From positions 166,942 to 230,941 of the forward strand of contig CAJFCJ010000009.1 in the NCBI GenBank assembly GCA_904063045.1: a stretch of DNA of 64,000 nt, read 5' to 3'. The notes under the pieces are model-generated. The model had not been told where the DNA came from, searched no databases, and was given only the letters and a program-made list of their open reading frames with translations. The first letter of the stretch is position 1, and each line of letters opens with the position of its first letter. The stretch is from Dimorphilus gyrociliatus (lineage: Eukaryota; Animalia; Annelida). This document shows, piece by piece, positions 1 to 13,058 of this stretch. Position numbers and translations under genes: made by a program.

Positions 1-3000
1 AGTCCTAAGAGGGAAGAGGTTCATTTCTCATTTGTGTATATTGCGCATCCTAGAGCCGTTACGTCTTTTTCTTGGAGAAGAACATCAAGACATATGTCAC
101 GAGGAGCTGTTGCTAACGCTCTGTTAACTACCTGTGTAGACAATATCTGCAGAATTTGGTTGGAAACCGTCCTCCCCGACCATGGCTTGGTCGATGTTCA
201 ACAATTAGAATCTGGAAATTACAATTCAGCTTCGGCCTTTCACGTTCACAGACATAGGCGAAGATTATTACAAAGAGCAACACACTCTGCAAAACATTGC
301 CAACCACACGCCATAAGCCCATTACCTTCAACACAATCAGTTCATGATTTTCACAAGTTTGGAATTCATCCAAATAGCGTTGCTCCAGGCCTACATATGC
401 ATTTAGCAGCGACTGTCACTCCAGAGCTTCATATAAAGCCAGCATTTCCTAGCAATTTCAGTTTTAACGTCCATTGGTTAAATAACAAAGAGTTGCATTT
501 CGTAAAACATGCAGAAAATATTGTAACTGATCTCAAACAAACGGATGGTTCAGTTCCACAAACCCCTGCCGATACCGCATCAATAAAAAGCGTAGCTACC
601 TCAACCGATGGCGATGTTGTTAGTACTTTAGATAGTAGAATAGAAAGTTTAATGAGAGAGTGGCATGAAAATGGGGATATGCTCATAGGAGTGCATCCTG
701 TTGATGGTAATTTATCTTATTTATTAACCGTTAACAAAATTCTCATTATAATAACACTATTATTATATAGGATCGATATTAGTCTGGATCGTTGAATGGT
801 TAGACGAATGTGCGCCCGGCTCCTTTAGGCAACCCCACGTAACTTTCTCCTTACAAATTCCCAACGCTTTACCAGCGCCGGACGCGGCTAGCATTTGTTC
901 TCGGTAATAATAGAAATTTTTTTTGGCACCTTTACAAACAATATAACAAAAAATTATTATCCCTTTTTACCAGATTAATTCTGCTACCAGATTATACGTT
1001 TACATCTAGTATAAAAATTTTCTCTAAACACAACGATGGATCGATAAATGCTTGGAAGGCATCGGTTGCTGACGGGTCTAGATGTTCTCATATCTTGAGT
1101 GTTACTCATCAAGCTAGAGCGAGCGGTCACAGATTTCACACTAGTACGGCGGCTTGTCATCCCCTGTTACCTCTCCTACTGACTACAGCACGCTATTGTC
1201 CAAGCCAGGATATTGGTCAGAATTTATCCGAATTGATTCTATGGAGAGTGGACCCCGTTGGACCATTAGCCGAATCAGGAGGGCTATTAGAGTTAGCTAG
1301 AATAGATTCGCCCTCAAGAACTGCCTTTTCGCATGTGGCATGGCTGCCGAAACTTTTACCTTCAACGTCCTTAGATACTCATACAAATTCACCAGCTGCA
1401 ATGCTAGTTGTTTCTGATGGTTCTAAGTTAAAGTTGTGCTTGGCTGTTGTTGATGCTAGGGCCCTTCTATATATACCATCAAATAAAAAAAATGTCGACG
1501 TAGATGAAGTAGGTTTAATAGAAGACGAAGAGGAACAGGGTGGTGTGCCAATGAATTTAATATCAAAGCAGTCTACAGCTAGACCGGGTTGTATATTAGA
1601 ATTGGACGAAGTTGAAAAAGGTGACTGGAGTGATGTGGCTCTTGTTCATGCATTCGATGGTAACACAATGAACACAGAAGACGATGACGATATGTACATA
1701 GTATTGGTAAAGAAAAACGGCGAAGTATACATGTGGAGAGTTCATGTCGTTGCTCCTGGTAAGCAATACCTTCTTATTTTTTTAAGTATATACTTGAAGT
1801 CAGCGTAAGACGAAAAAAAACGCTGGCTAATGTTTCAATTTATAAATAACCTAATTCCCTAACTAAAACGCTAACTAAAGAGGCAAGTAAGCGAAAAATT
1901 GCTTACGTAGCTCAACAATTGAATATATAAAACGATTTCAAGCACTGATCATTAGATTTAAGTGGAACGGTCGTCTGTGGCCAATGATGCGCACATAATG
2001 AGTCGAGAAATTTTGAGTTTCCTTCAATAATTATTTATTTTTCAAACGTGCACAAGGACTTTTTAAGGGTTGTTTGAAATTCAAGCTTAATAGTTAATTA
2101 AAGATATTTTCAAAGAGTTTTTTCAATGATTACTACTTATTTAAAGAAAAAATAATACAATTAAGACCTGGATTTTCTTAGAATATACTACAAATCTATA
2201 ATTTATATATTATAGGTACGTTTTCACAAAGCAATCTCATTAAGAGCAGTTACCTCTACAGGAAACAAGCAAACTGCAATATTAACGAGTTTCTTGTGTC
2301 TACTACTTTGTATAGTAAAGATGATAATTGCATAAAGTAATTTAACAATACGCTTAATTGACAAAATAAGATTTTTATTTAATACGTTTCTCATACCTTA
2401 TAGATTATCCATGAACAAAACCACGTCAACAATATATACGGTTGACTCATTAATTAATAATAGTTTTTAATGACTAAATAGTATCAACACAGTTTTTTAA
2501 TATGATACGAGTAGTAGCTAATGTTTGAATAGATAAAGTGAAAACTAGGCATAGGAACGGATGAAAAAGTTTTATTAATTTTTCTTATTTGAATCGATTT
2601 GGTGAGGCGTAAATTGCCATTAGAAATGAAAAAATACCTCAATTTGACATTCACGCCTTTTACCGTGCAAAATTGATGGTGGCAGTTAACCACACACCCC
2701 TCTCTTCATTTCTATATAAATCAGTTATCTTTTTCCAATTTAGTATCATAAATTTTATATCTTTTAAAATAAAATTTTACGTTCAATAGAATCACGGTTA
2801 TTTGTCTATTTTTAACAGAGGAGGTTGAAAGACAGAACTTTTCACCCGATTCACCTCTAGTTCAAGATAATGAAGAAGAAAATTTTCATTATCATACACC
2901 AGAATGCAGTTCAATGAAAACTCCTTTATATATGCATAAAGTTCGCGTGACCGTTACTTGTACAAGGGTGTGCAAAGCGACATTAAATTTACCACCCGAT

Positions 3001-5124
3001 GTCGATATTATTGATGTTAAAGTAGCCGCGGGCCATTTAAGTTCGTCGTCATTGCACGCGACCGGATGTAAAGCTCCTTATCAGATAGTAACCGCATGTT
3101 CCGATACAAGAATTCGATTGTGGAAATACGACGGAAGCATGTCATGGGTAGAATACAAAACAGTTTTGGAAGGTGATAGTAGTTTACAAGCAATGGCCAC
3201 TCCATTAGTGGTCAGCTGTGCCTATACGGGACGACTAGCTCTGGCGCACCATGTTGGCAAACATTCAATAGCCGTTTCTATAATGGAATGTGAATCAACT
3301 GGAGGGGCGGGTTGGAATTGTGAAGTTACCCTTGATTTAGGGTATAATAGAAAACAAAAGGTTCATTTAGATTGGGTTACAACTGAAGATGGCGCTCACG
3401 TTTTAACAGTTTGTATAGGAACGCGCCTTCACATTTACGCAGCCGTTAGTGCTCCAGAATTAATTGCCAGCTTGGGTGTGGGGGGTGAAGGGGGCGGCAG
3501 AAGGAGACCATTAACTAAAACGAAATCAATAGCTGTTGCACAAAAGAACGAAGAAGTCAGGTAAAAAATACACGACTTTGAAAAATTACATTCACAGCTT
3601 GAATTAAAATTATTGCAGATGGACACTGATAAGGGACGTAGAATTGGTAACGGCCGACGGGCTGACTCCGATTCCAGTATTTATGTCGTGGGTGCGTGAT
3701 GGCCTTTTAGTTGTGGGCTTTGAAAATGAGACTCATGTATATAGCCAATGGAGAGGAGATGTCCTAGCTAATACTCAACCAGTCACTATATTGCCTTCTA
3801 GTTCCTCCTTAATTAGCTTAACAAAGGATAGTAGGCAAAAGAAGGATTCAAAGAAATCCAAGCCGCCACAAATTCTTAATGACGTCGGGCTTTTTGAAGA
3901 GGCTCGCCGTGCTCATCCTGTTTTACCACAATATCATCCTAGACAACTACTCGAGTTGCTAAACTTTGGGCGAATTAGGAGAGTTAAGGCTATCCTATGT
4001 CATTTAGTGAACTGCCTCACAACTAGGCCAACCTCATATCATGAAACTGGTCGAACGAGATCATTTTCTAGAACCGTTTCTGTTGCTGAGGCAGAAGAAT
4101 TCCAATCGGCAGAAAACGGTGTTGAAGAATCTGCTGTTCCACCATTGCCAATTTATAGTTTATTGGCTGTCGATTCTTCAAAGAATTTAGAGCCAAGTCC
4201 CCTATCGCCCGCCCAAACAGTAAACACGGGTAGTGATGACTACGATGCTCTATTCAAAACACCAACTACTTTTGAATATGAGCATAAAGACGAAGAGGAT
4301 GAAGAGGACGAAGATGAAACTTTTGCGGATGATGTCACTGGCATTCGCGAAATGTCTCGAAGGCGAAAACGTAGTCTATCTACCGGAAGTTCTACAGCGC
4401 ATTGGGGACCGTCTCAAACGAAACAGCTGCAAAGGCATTTGATTCACACAAGATTGCCTGGTCTGTCATCAGTTGACCAAATGTACTTGTTGGCCTTGGC
4501 AGATACCGTCGCAACAACTAGAGCGGATTTTGGAGCAAATAGACCTGCTGATATGGCTCTCCAAGGTAATTAATATAGATAATAACAGATAGATAATCGG
4601 CTTATCCTTAGCTATGCTGCCATTTGGAGAAAACTTTAATAATGCTAATCCAGTCGAATATCTACAAATAGTTTATTATCTATAATAATTAAATTTCTAA
4701 TTAACTCTATTTACCCGAAACATTAGACATTAAGTGCTATTTATAACAGTTTTAGCAAGACAATCAGGACAAGCAACTGATATAATCTGCGCAGGTTCTT
4801 TTTTTAATTCGACAAATGTTGTTTATCTTTTTTAAAGAATGTTAAAAAACTTTTCTCTTTTCTCTTTTTTTTTTTTTTTTCGTTTTTCATTTCTATTTTT
4901 GCACAAAACGTTTTTTTTACCCCCAGTTTATTTTTTTATTTACATCATAATCTCTATTCATAAGTTTTACGTATTTTTCATTTGTATGCATGTATACTGT
5001 CTATATACAGTAAATACTAACATTTAAGCTCTTGAAAGTATGCGCACAGTATTAATACTGTATAATTAATTACACATGCATACAGTATATGTATTGAATT
5101 CTCTTATATTATATATATTCCCTG

Positions 5125-5158
<34 letters not shown>

Positions 5159-8100
5159 ATATGTATATACAGTATATATATATATATATATATGTATATA
5201 TTATAATTCCGTTTTCTTTTACAAATTGTATGCTTTTACTTATCATAAATTTAATATTTCTAACCTTCAATAAGTTAATTGTTTTTAATATTAATTTATT
5301 ATAAAAGTACTGATAAGCATCTATATAATATTAAAAGCATTTATTTATTAGCGTAAACATTTGTTATTATTATTATTATTATTATATTACTTTATAATTA
5401 TGATTTTCTTTCAGTTGTACTTTCTATTATTTAACTAAAAATTGATTATTTAATAAATATTGGTTCTTTTAGGTTGCTTATTTATTATTTTTCTACGTTA
5501 TTTAACAGATGCTGTTGATGATTGTGGTCTACGATTTCTTTTGGCTACTCGACATTATATGTATTTAATAAAGACGCTGCCACTACGTCAAAGGGCACCT
5601 TTGGTGAGAAAGGGTCTTAGTCCGTCCATAATTGCTTGGGCATTCCATTCTGAAGCTGAAAGCGAGCTAGTCGATCTAGCAACTGGAAGTGGAGCTAAAA
5701 CATGGCCCGAACTACGCCAGTTGGGAATTGGATGGTGGGTTAGGTCAGTTTCCATTTTAAGAACAATGGTCGAGAGAATGGCTAAATCGTCATTCGAACA
5801 AAAGCGTGATCCATTAGATGCTGCGCTGTTTTATTTGGCGTTGAGAAAAAAGAATGTCTTATGGGGCTTATTTAGATCAGTAGATGATACAAAAATGATG
5901 GAATTCTTCAAACGAGATTTCAGCGAAGAGAGATGGCGTAAAGCAGCTTTAAAGAATGCTTTTGCATTGTTAGGAAGACAGCGTTTTGAGCATGCAGCAG
6001 CTTTCTTCTTGTTGGCTGGAGCTGTTAGAGATGCCATAGAAGTCTGCTTAAATAAGTTAGATGATTTGCAATTAGTTTTGGTTATAGCAAGATTACATGA
6101 CGTCCAATTAGATGAGGGTCTGCCAAAGTCAGTTAAGAGGTTACTGTACGAAGAATGTCTCGGCGCAAAGAATGAAAATGGATTAGACAGGGATATTACA
6201 TTGGCTCATCCTGATCCCTTTATTCGATCAATGGCGTATTGGATGTTGGGGGAGTATTCGAATGCTTTAAGTACACTTCTGGAACCAAAGGCTGGTTCGT
6301 GTAGAGCATATAGAAATAATGAGGAAGATGAAGAGGCCAACGTCTTCAATTTTTACAATTATCTACGAACACATCCATTAATCGTACGCCAGCAAATAGC
6401 TGCGGCCGATAGTCACCTTCCACTTGGTGGTTTTAGTTCTGAGCCAACGAACGTCCGTGTTACACCTACCGAAAGAAGATTATATTTCAACACTGCATAT
6501 CAACACCTCAGGTCGGGTTGTCCAATGTTGGCTTTAGAAGTTCTCTCTAGATTACCCGACGTTGTTTTAGAAGGGAAAGAAAAGACTAAGGAACAATCAA
6601 AAAAAATTAATGGAGGAGAAACGGCTGATGCCTTCGACTGGAGCCAGCCGTTAATTGGTGGGGATGCTTCTGAATTAACTTTAGGTACTGAAGAAGATAA
6701 TATTGATGAAGAATTTGAGACAAAATCAGCTGCTGATGACGAAATGGCGCAACAGATGAAAATGATTGCTAGCATCAAAATAATGACACAAGAATTGTCA
6801 ACCTTGGCTACAGGCTACGAGGTTGATGGCGGACATCTAAGAGCTCATTTGTATACATTTTTAGAAAAGGAAATGGAAGCCCTTCGGCAATTGTGTTCAT
6901 ACCATGTTAACTTACCTGAAATTGATAATTCAAATAGTCTCAGCTCAACAGCAGATCAAAAAACAGCAATACCCACTTTACATGAAGTTATTTTAGCCGA
7001 AAAACTCGATTTAGACGCGAAAATTGAACGAATGACTAGAAGAAGAAAGTGGCTCCATGCTCATGAAAGAATTCTACGAACCCTCCTGGCTTTTTCTGCT
7101 CTGCATGGTGCAGCAGGAGGTGGTTTAGCCTCCGTGCGAATGGAGCTATTGCTTTTATTACAGGAGTTACAACAAGATGCTAGGAGTACCCTTCACCATT
7201 CTTTACCATTTCCTACAACTTTACCATTAGTTAGCTCGGCGGTTGCGAGCGTCAAAACAGTTGTATCAGACCCGATTCGACATTTGTGCCTAACAACAAG
7301 AGATCTATTAAAATCAATTCTCAAGCTGGAATTGCCACCGACAAATGAAATGCAAACTATAAGGAAAGTTTTAGTCATGCGAGATATTGCAGCTGCATTA
7401 TCCGCTTCTATTTACCAGTGTCTGTGCGATTCAGATCACGTTGAACCTTGGAGTGGTCAGCAACCTCTGTCGCCCAACACCTTCCTGGTGACGGGGGCAC
7501 GGCGCTCTAGGAATTTGTCATGTGACGAAAACAAGGCCACTTCTGCCCCGGCAGATTGGCCAGGTGTTACGTCCCTAAAGCAATTACTGCTAAAAGGCCG
7601 GGATAAGGATGCTCCAAAAGTTCGTATCTTGTTATTGGAGAGTTTGGTTGCTGCCTATTTATCTCTTTTATCAGCGGCTCTTGCCTTATTCGATGCCGAT
7701 GCTCTATATAGATTAGTTGGACATCCTTTGTGTGCGACAATGTGGCCTGCACTATTCGGTGGTGGAGCAAGAAAAGTGGTTAGGGTCGCTGTTTCTGAAA
7801 ATCGACAAGTGAATCGCAGTGATGTAGATAAACAACGAACAAAGTTACATATGAGAATTTTAGGTGCTCCTAGTGGTGCTAGTCAATCGACGTCCTTAAG
7901 AGACGATAAACCCACTTACAAGGAAAGATACATAGCTCCAGAAACTTCAATGGTCACTTATCTTTTGACAAAACCCTACGAAAATCCTCACGAAGAAAGA
8001 GTTGATTATGATTCGGCTGATTCGGCGCCAAGTGAAGACGAAGATGAAACTGACGAGTTTGGAGAAAATACGAAAAGCTCTTTGCCAGCTAATACTGAAC

Positions 8101-11100
8101 ACTGTGATCCTAACTCTTATTCATGGACGTTGATAAGATTTGCTATCGTTCGACACGTAAGAGTTCACTTGAGAATGTTTGTACCATCAGTTGGAGTGGA
8201 ATTGGTTGATCTTCCTGTTGTCTCGCCACTTCTTCACGCTGTTTTCCGAACGTTAGAGGAATGGGATGGTAATTTATCAGAAGCTCTTAACTCATTTGGC
8301 GGACCTCCACAAGAGTACATTCCTACCCTTTATGTTGATTCGAATAGCAATGGCCCAGCTCTTTTAAAGTATAAAGCAATGAGAGATGTTCATAATACAC
8401 CTTTCAGCGCCTCTCCTGATTGTCTCCCTGTTAAACGGCTCTGGTATTACTTGGTTAGACAAGATAGTCTACAAGATGTGTTTATTAGGTATCTATTTAA
8501 GAAGCGTCAGCCAAATTTACCACCTAGTGAAGATGAGGAGGATGTTACAGACGCCAAAGTAGAACCTGATGAAGCTCCAATGAAGATTATACATAGGGAA
8601 CAGGATGATATTGTAGCATTCTGTTTGAATCAGGTATTTCAAAATACAATAAAAATATCTCTTTGGTTTTTCTTTCGTTTTAACTAGAAAGGGTTTTTTT
8701 TACTGTAATATTCAACAGTATACGGGTGTTTGGGCTCAACGTTTATCATCCGAATACGGTGGTGAACCAATGATGGTATGGGTTCGTTTGTCGATTAGCT
8801 TTATCTTATTTTGTTAAAATAGTAAAAAATACTTGTTAGATCACCTTTACCACTTTTTTATTGCTTTTGATTTTTAGAAGTTTAATTTGTGATAATTCGT
8901 TTATCGACTCCCTTCTCCCCGTCCCCTTCCTCTCTCCCTTCCCCTTAAGTAAATGTATATGTCAATTTGGAAAATTTAAACAAAAGTACCATAGAAAAAT
9001 TTCTTGATTTATCTTTGCTTTGTTTTTTGTTTTATTTTTCCTTATTTTTTATTTATTTTTTTTTATTATTTATGATACTTTTAAATTTTCCAAAACAAAA
9101 CAAAAATTATATATAGTAACCTTACACAGAAGGCAATGTAAAAGTTGTAAAAATCTTGTTGAATGTTAATTCGGGGGCACAAATTAATTTTTCTTAATAT
9201 TCTAGCGAAACTTTAAACTTGAATATTGTTGCTATAAGCTGAATTGATCTTTGTGATTAATTATGTTAAATGATTTTATTAATATTTTTTTTTATGCGTA
9301 AACAGACAAATCTACATTGTGCAGCTTTAGCAACTGTTAAGGAGATTGTAGAATTAGACGTTTCTGGGGTTTTATCACCCCCCGCTTGGTTAGAAGATAA
9401 TACTGAATATGATATAGAAACTATGATGCAGCCAGTGGCACCCACTGGTGATTTTGTTGTAATACCTAGAGCAGCTAGTTTAATGAATACTCCAACTGCT
9501 CCTGGAGCTTTTCCAATGCCTACTTCGGTTGTTGGCTCTAGTCTTCAAAGAGATGGAACAAGTGTTGTAAGTTATACATTTTTATTTTCTAATTAAAGTC
9601 AATGTAGTTCTAATTAAATTGAAAAAATAATCAATCACTCGAAGAACAATTTTACGAATAGTCGTCATCATTATAACGATAATAAACCATTACCAAATGA
9701 AAAGTGATGGTAATAGAAATAGAATATTAATAATTAAAAAAGCGCCGTTTTTTTTATCATAATTCCTTTTATAATAATTATTATAAAACGAAAAAAAGTA
9801 AGCTATTAATAGATAATAATATAAATTTATATAAATTGCATGTAAATGTAATATATTTTTTTTATCTATTAAAGCTATTGTTGCTTTTTTTGTTTTTTAC
9901 TTTCTGTAATATCATTTTTATTAAGGAAAAAGCGTTGTAAAGTAAAATACAACAACAATAATAGTAATATTGATTGAGTAATTTTCCATATACTTTCACT
10001 TTCTTTATATATCTTTATCGATTTATCTATTTATCTATCTCTCTCTCTCTATGTAAACTATTGCTAACAATCTCTAGTTATAGTCTTTTTAATAGGGTAT
10101 TAATAATACTTTTGGTAACAATGTAATATTTAATACTATTATTATTATTATTGCTAGAGTATATGCAATAATAATATTTTTCTAATTTTTTAAAATACTG
10201 TAGATATTATATATTTGCAGTATGTATTATTGAATTGTATTGTTTTCTATATTTTAAAAGAGAAATGCTGATATAATTAGCAAAGAGAGAATAAAGAAAA
10301 GAATAACTTTTAACGTTTTATTTAAAAGGAAAAGATTTTCTTTTTCTCCTTCTATTTCTCTGTTGTTCTTATTTCTTTATTTTTTTTCTTTTTTTGCTAC
10401 GACGGTTGCAGGTGAAGGGTATTGCCAATAATTTATCTGGATCAAACGCTAGTTTGGTCGAATGTAGTAGGCGGTTGGTTAAAACGGTCAGTTATTCGAT
10501 TTTCACGTTCTAGATATTGTTCAAGTTTTTGGAATGATGTGTAGCATGCTCAAAAAAAAGATGTTCGCAAATCCTTTTATCGTTCACTGATCAATATGAT
10601 TTATTTACTTATTTACCTTTTTGTTTTCTGTTATCTTTCCGAAAAGGAAGAATATTTAAATATATATTATAATATATATATTTTAATATTAGAGGATGTT
10701 AGATGATATTTAAAGTGACTTTGTTAGATATTAGAAAGAAGAAAGAATAGTAACGTTCGTCTTTCATCCTTAAAGGGCGTTGTAATCTGTTTACTGATCT
10801 AGAATTAAAGTTCTTTCATTAAAAAAAAAATAGTTGTTTTATAAGTTAATTAGATGATAAATTTCCAGTTGAAAAACTCGTGTGCACAGAGATCTTTTTT
10901 TTTTTCTAGTGTTTTTGTTTTCATTATAAATGCACCAATTTAGCGTTTAGATTTTTGTTATATACATAAGGATCCTTCCTTGAAAATTTGTATTACAATG
11001 CTAAGATTGCAAATGAAATTATTAATTAATAATACGTAATATTTTTAAAAACATACAGCTCTGCAAAAGGACTCAACAGTCCGGTATCAGACGGATGGGA

Positions 11101-11880
11101 GCACATCCAAATCTGCCTTATTACGTAACCGGTTGTAGTGATGGTGCCGTCAAGTTATGGGAGTGGGGACATAGAAATAGTGTATGCGATGTCAGGCCAT
11201 CCGGTACATTTCCGGCCGTCACTTGTTGCCTATTTAACGCCCACGGAAACAAATTGGGAGTTAGCGATGCCGAAGGCGCTGTCAGTTTTTGGCAGTTGGG
11301 CGTTGCTGCGACGGTTGCCAAACCATATGCTCGTATACAATGCCATAGTAAAGCATCAGCAGGTTTAGTCTGGGCAGGAAGTTCAAGCGTCCTAGCCACC
11401 TGCGGGAATGGAGATAATAAACACGTTGCCCTCTGGGACACTTTATTACCTAGTCGAAGAGCAAGAGTTGCTTACTGGCCTGTTCACGAAGCTGGCGCAA
11501 CTTCGATCGTTTATGCTCCTCATAGACAACAAATTATTACTGCTGGTAGAAAGGGTGATGTCTCAGTCATCGATACTAGATCGAGGAGAGTTCAGCATAC
11601 CTTTATGGCACACGAAGGAACACCAATTAGAGCTTTAGCAATAGATCCTGCTGAACAACTCTTAGTTACTGGAGGTGGAGAAGGTGATATAAAGATTTGG
11701 CGTTTAGACGCTCACAGACTAATTCACACCTTTACGGGACAACATTCAAAGTCGTCTTTATTTAGAAATGTGTCCGGAAGTAGTAAGGGAGTTTTACAAT
11801 TGACTTTAACGCCCGATAGACATTTATTATCTTGTGGAGCTGATGGCTCGCTAAAAGTACGCCAATTGGCGGATGGTTAA
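1..11880 (+). CDS. DMXL: DmX-like / Rabconnectin-3 alpha WD40 protein (5' end outside window). Core exons: 1-706, 771-903, 974-1758, 2819-3560, 3619-4565, 5509-8633, 9306-9566, 11059-11880, plus candidate cassette exons
   Basis: Frame open from base 1. Spliced motifs HPVDGSILVW, SKHNDGSINAW, SGHRFH, LPQYHPRQLLELLNFG; Rav1p_C-like region DECGLRFLL/AWAFHSEAE/WRKAALKNAFALLG; C-terminal WD40 repeats. All GT-AG junction phases consistent. Confidence 0.95.
5127..5155. repeat. (TC)n microsatellite in a DMXL intron
   Basis: Seen directly. Confidence 0.9.
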
Positions 11881-13058
11881 ATTAATTTACAAATTTAAAG
11901 AATAGAAGAATAAAGTACGTTAGAAGAATCTATTCTTTCACTTCTACGTATCTCTTAAGAACATTCCGAGGTGTGCAAAATATTTAAAAAAAACAGTAGC
12001 AGACAGATATTGGAGGAGATATTTTACAAAAATTGATTAGTCAGTTGCCCAATCAGTATACTAGTCGAAAGAGAAATTTTAATCTTATTTTCCTCTACAG
12101 CCATTCCACCTATTTTTGCATGATTAACAATCGTGCATAGTGTTCCTAAAATACGTGTTGTGAATTGTAAATAACTTTAGTTAAGGAAAAAGAAAAGTCT
12201 ACTAAAAAGGAAAAAAAATGGAACCAAAAAATCTTAATCAGAAAAATGTATGAAGAATGTTTAGACAATTTTATTCAATTGTAGAAAGTTATGCAACAAA
12301 ATCGTTAATTTACAATATTTATCAAATACAAATTCTATTTGTTCTGCAGTATACATACACGTATAATATATTGTAAATTAGAGGGATTATAAGGGTAGAC
12401 TACTAGCTAATATATGATAAAAAAAAAAGACGTCTAAAACACTAATAATAAATGACATTTTACTTTTAGTAAATCTTATAAAATGAAAGTAAAAAGTATA
12501 CAAGTTATTTCAATTATATGTTGCAAAGTATTGTTGTAGGTTTTGTTGATATATTGATTTAAATAATAACAGACATTTTTATAATGAATGTATTAGTCAG
12601 AGCTTTGATCAGTAGCGGTTTCTCGAAAACGTTTATTATCATTTTTACGTCTGCTAGTTTAGTATCCGGTTTATTCGAGAAGGATTAATTTGGGTTACAC
12701 AATTTTTTGCGAAAACTTTCCTATCTATAAAACAGATATATGAAGCAAAATTGAACATAATTCATATTATTTTTAATAAGAGTACGAAAATCTTTATCAA
12801 ATTATTTTAGAAAATGAAAACTTGTTGAAGTGCTTTTTTCTACTATTTCGAGCAACCTATATAAAACCTCTTCTTTCCTTTCATCATCCAACCAAGAAGT
12901 GAACATATTTCGTACTGCCAGATTACTCCCGGAAAGCACATGATTGAAAAGTTTAAGCTCCCATACTATCACGTAGTTTTATTTTCTGGACAAATATATT
13001 AATGATTGTTATTTGTGCTTTCGAAGAGATTGCTGGAGAAACAATTCAAGATTAAAAA

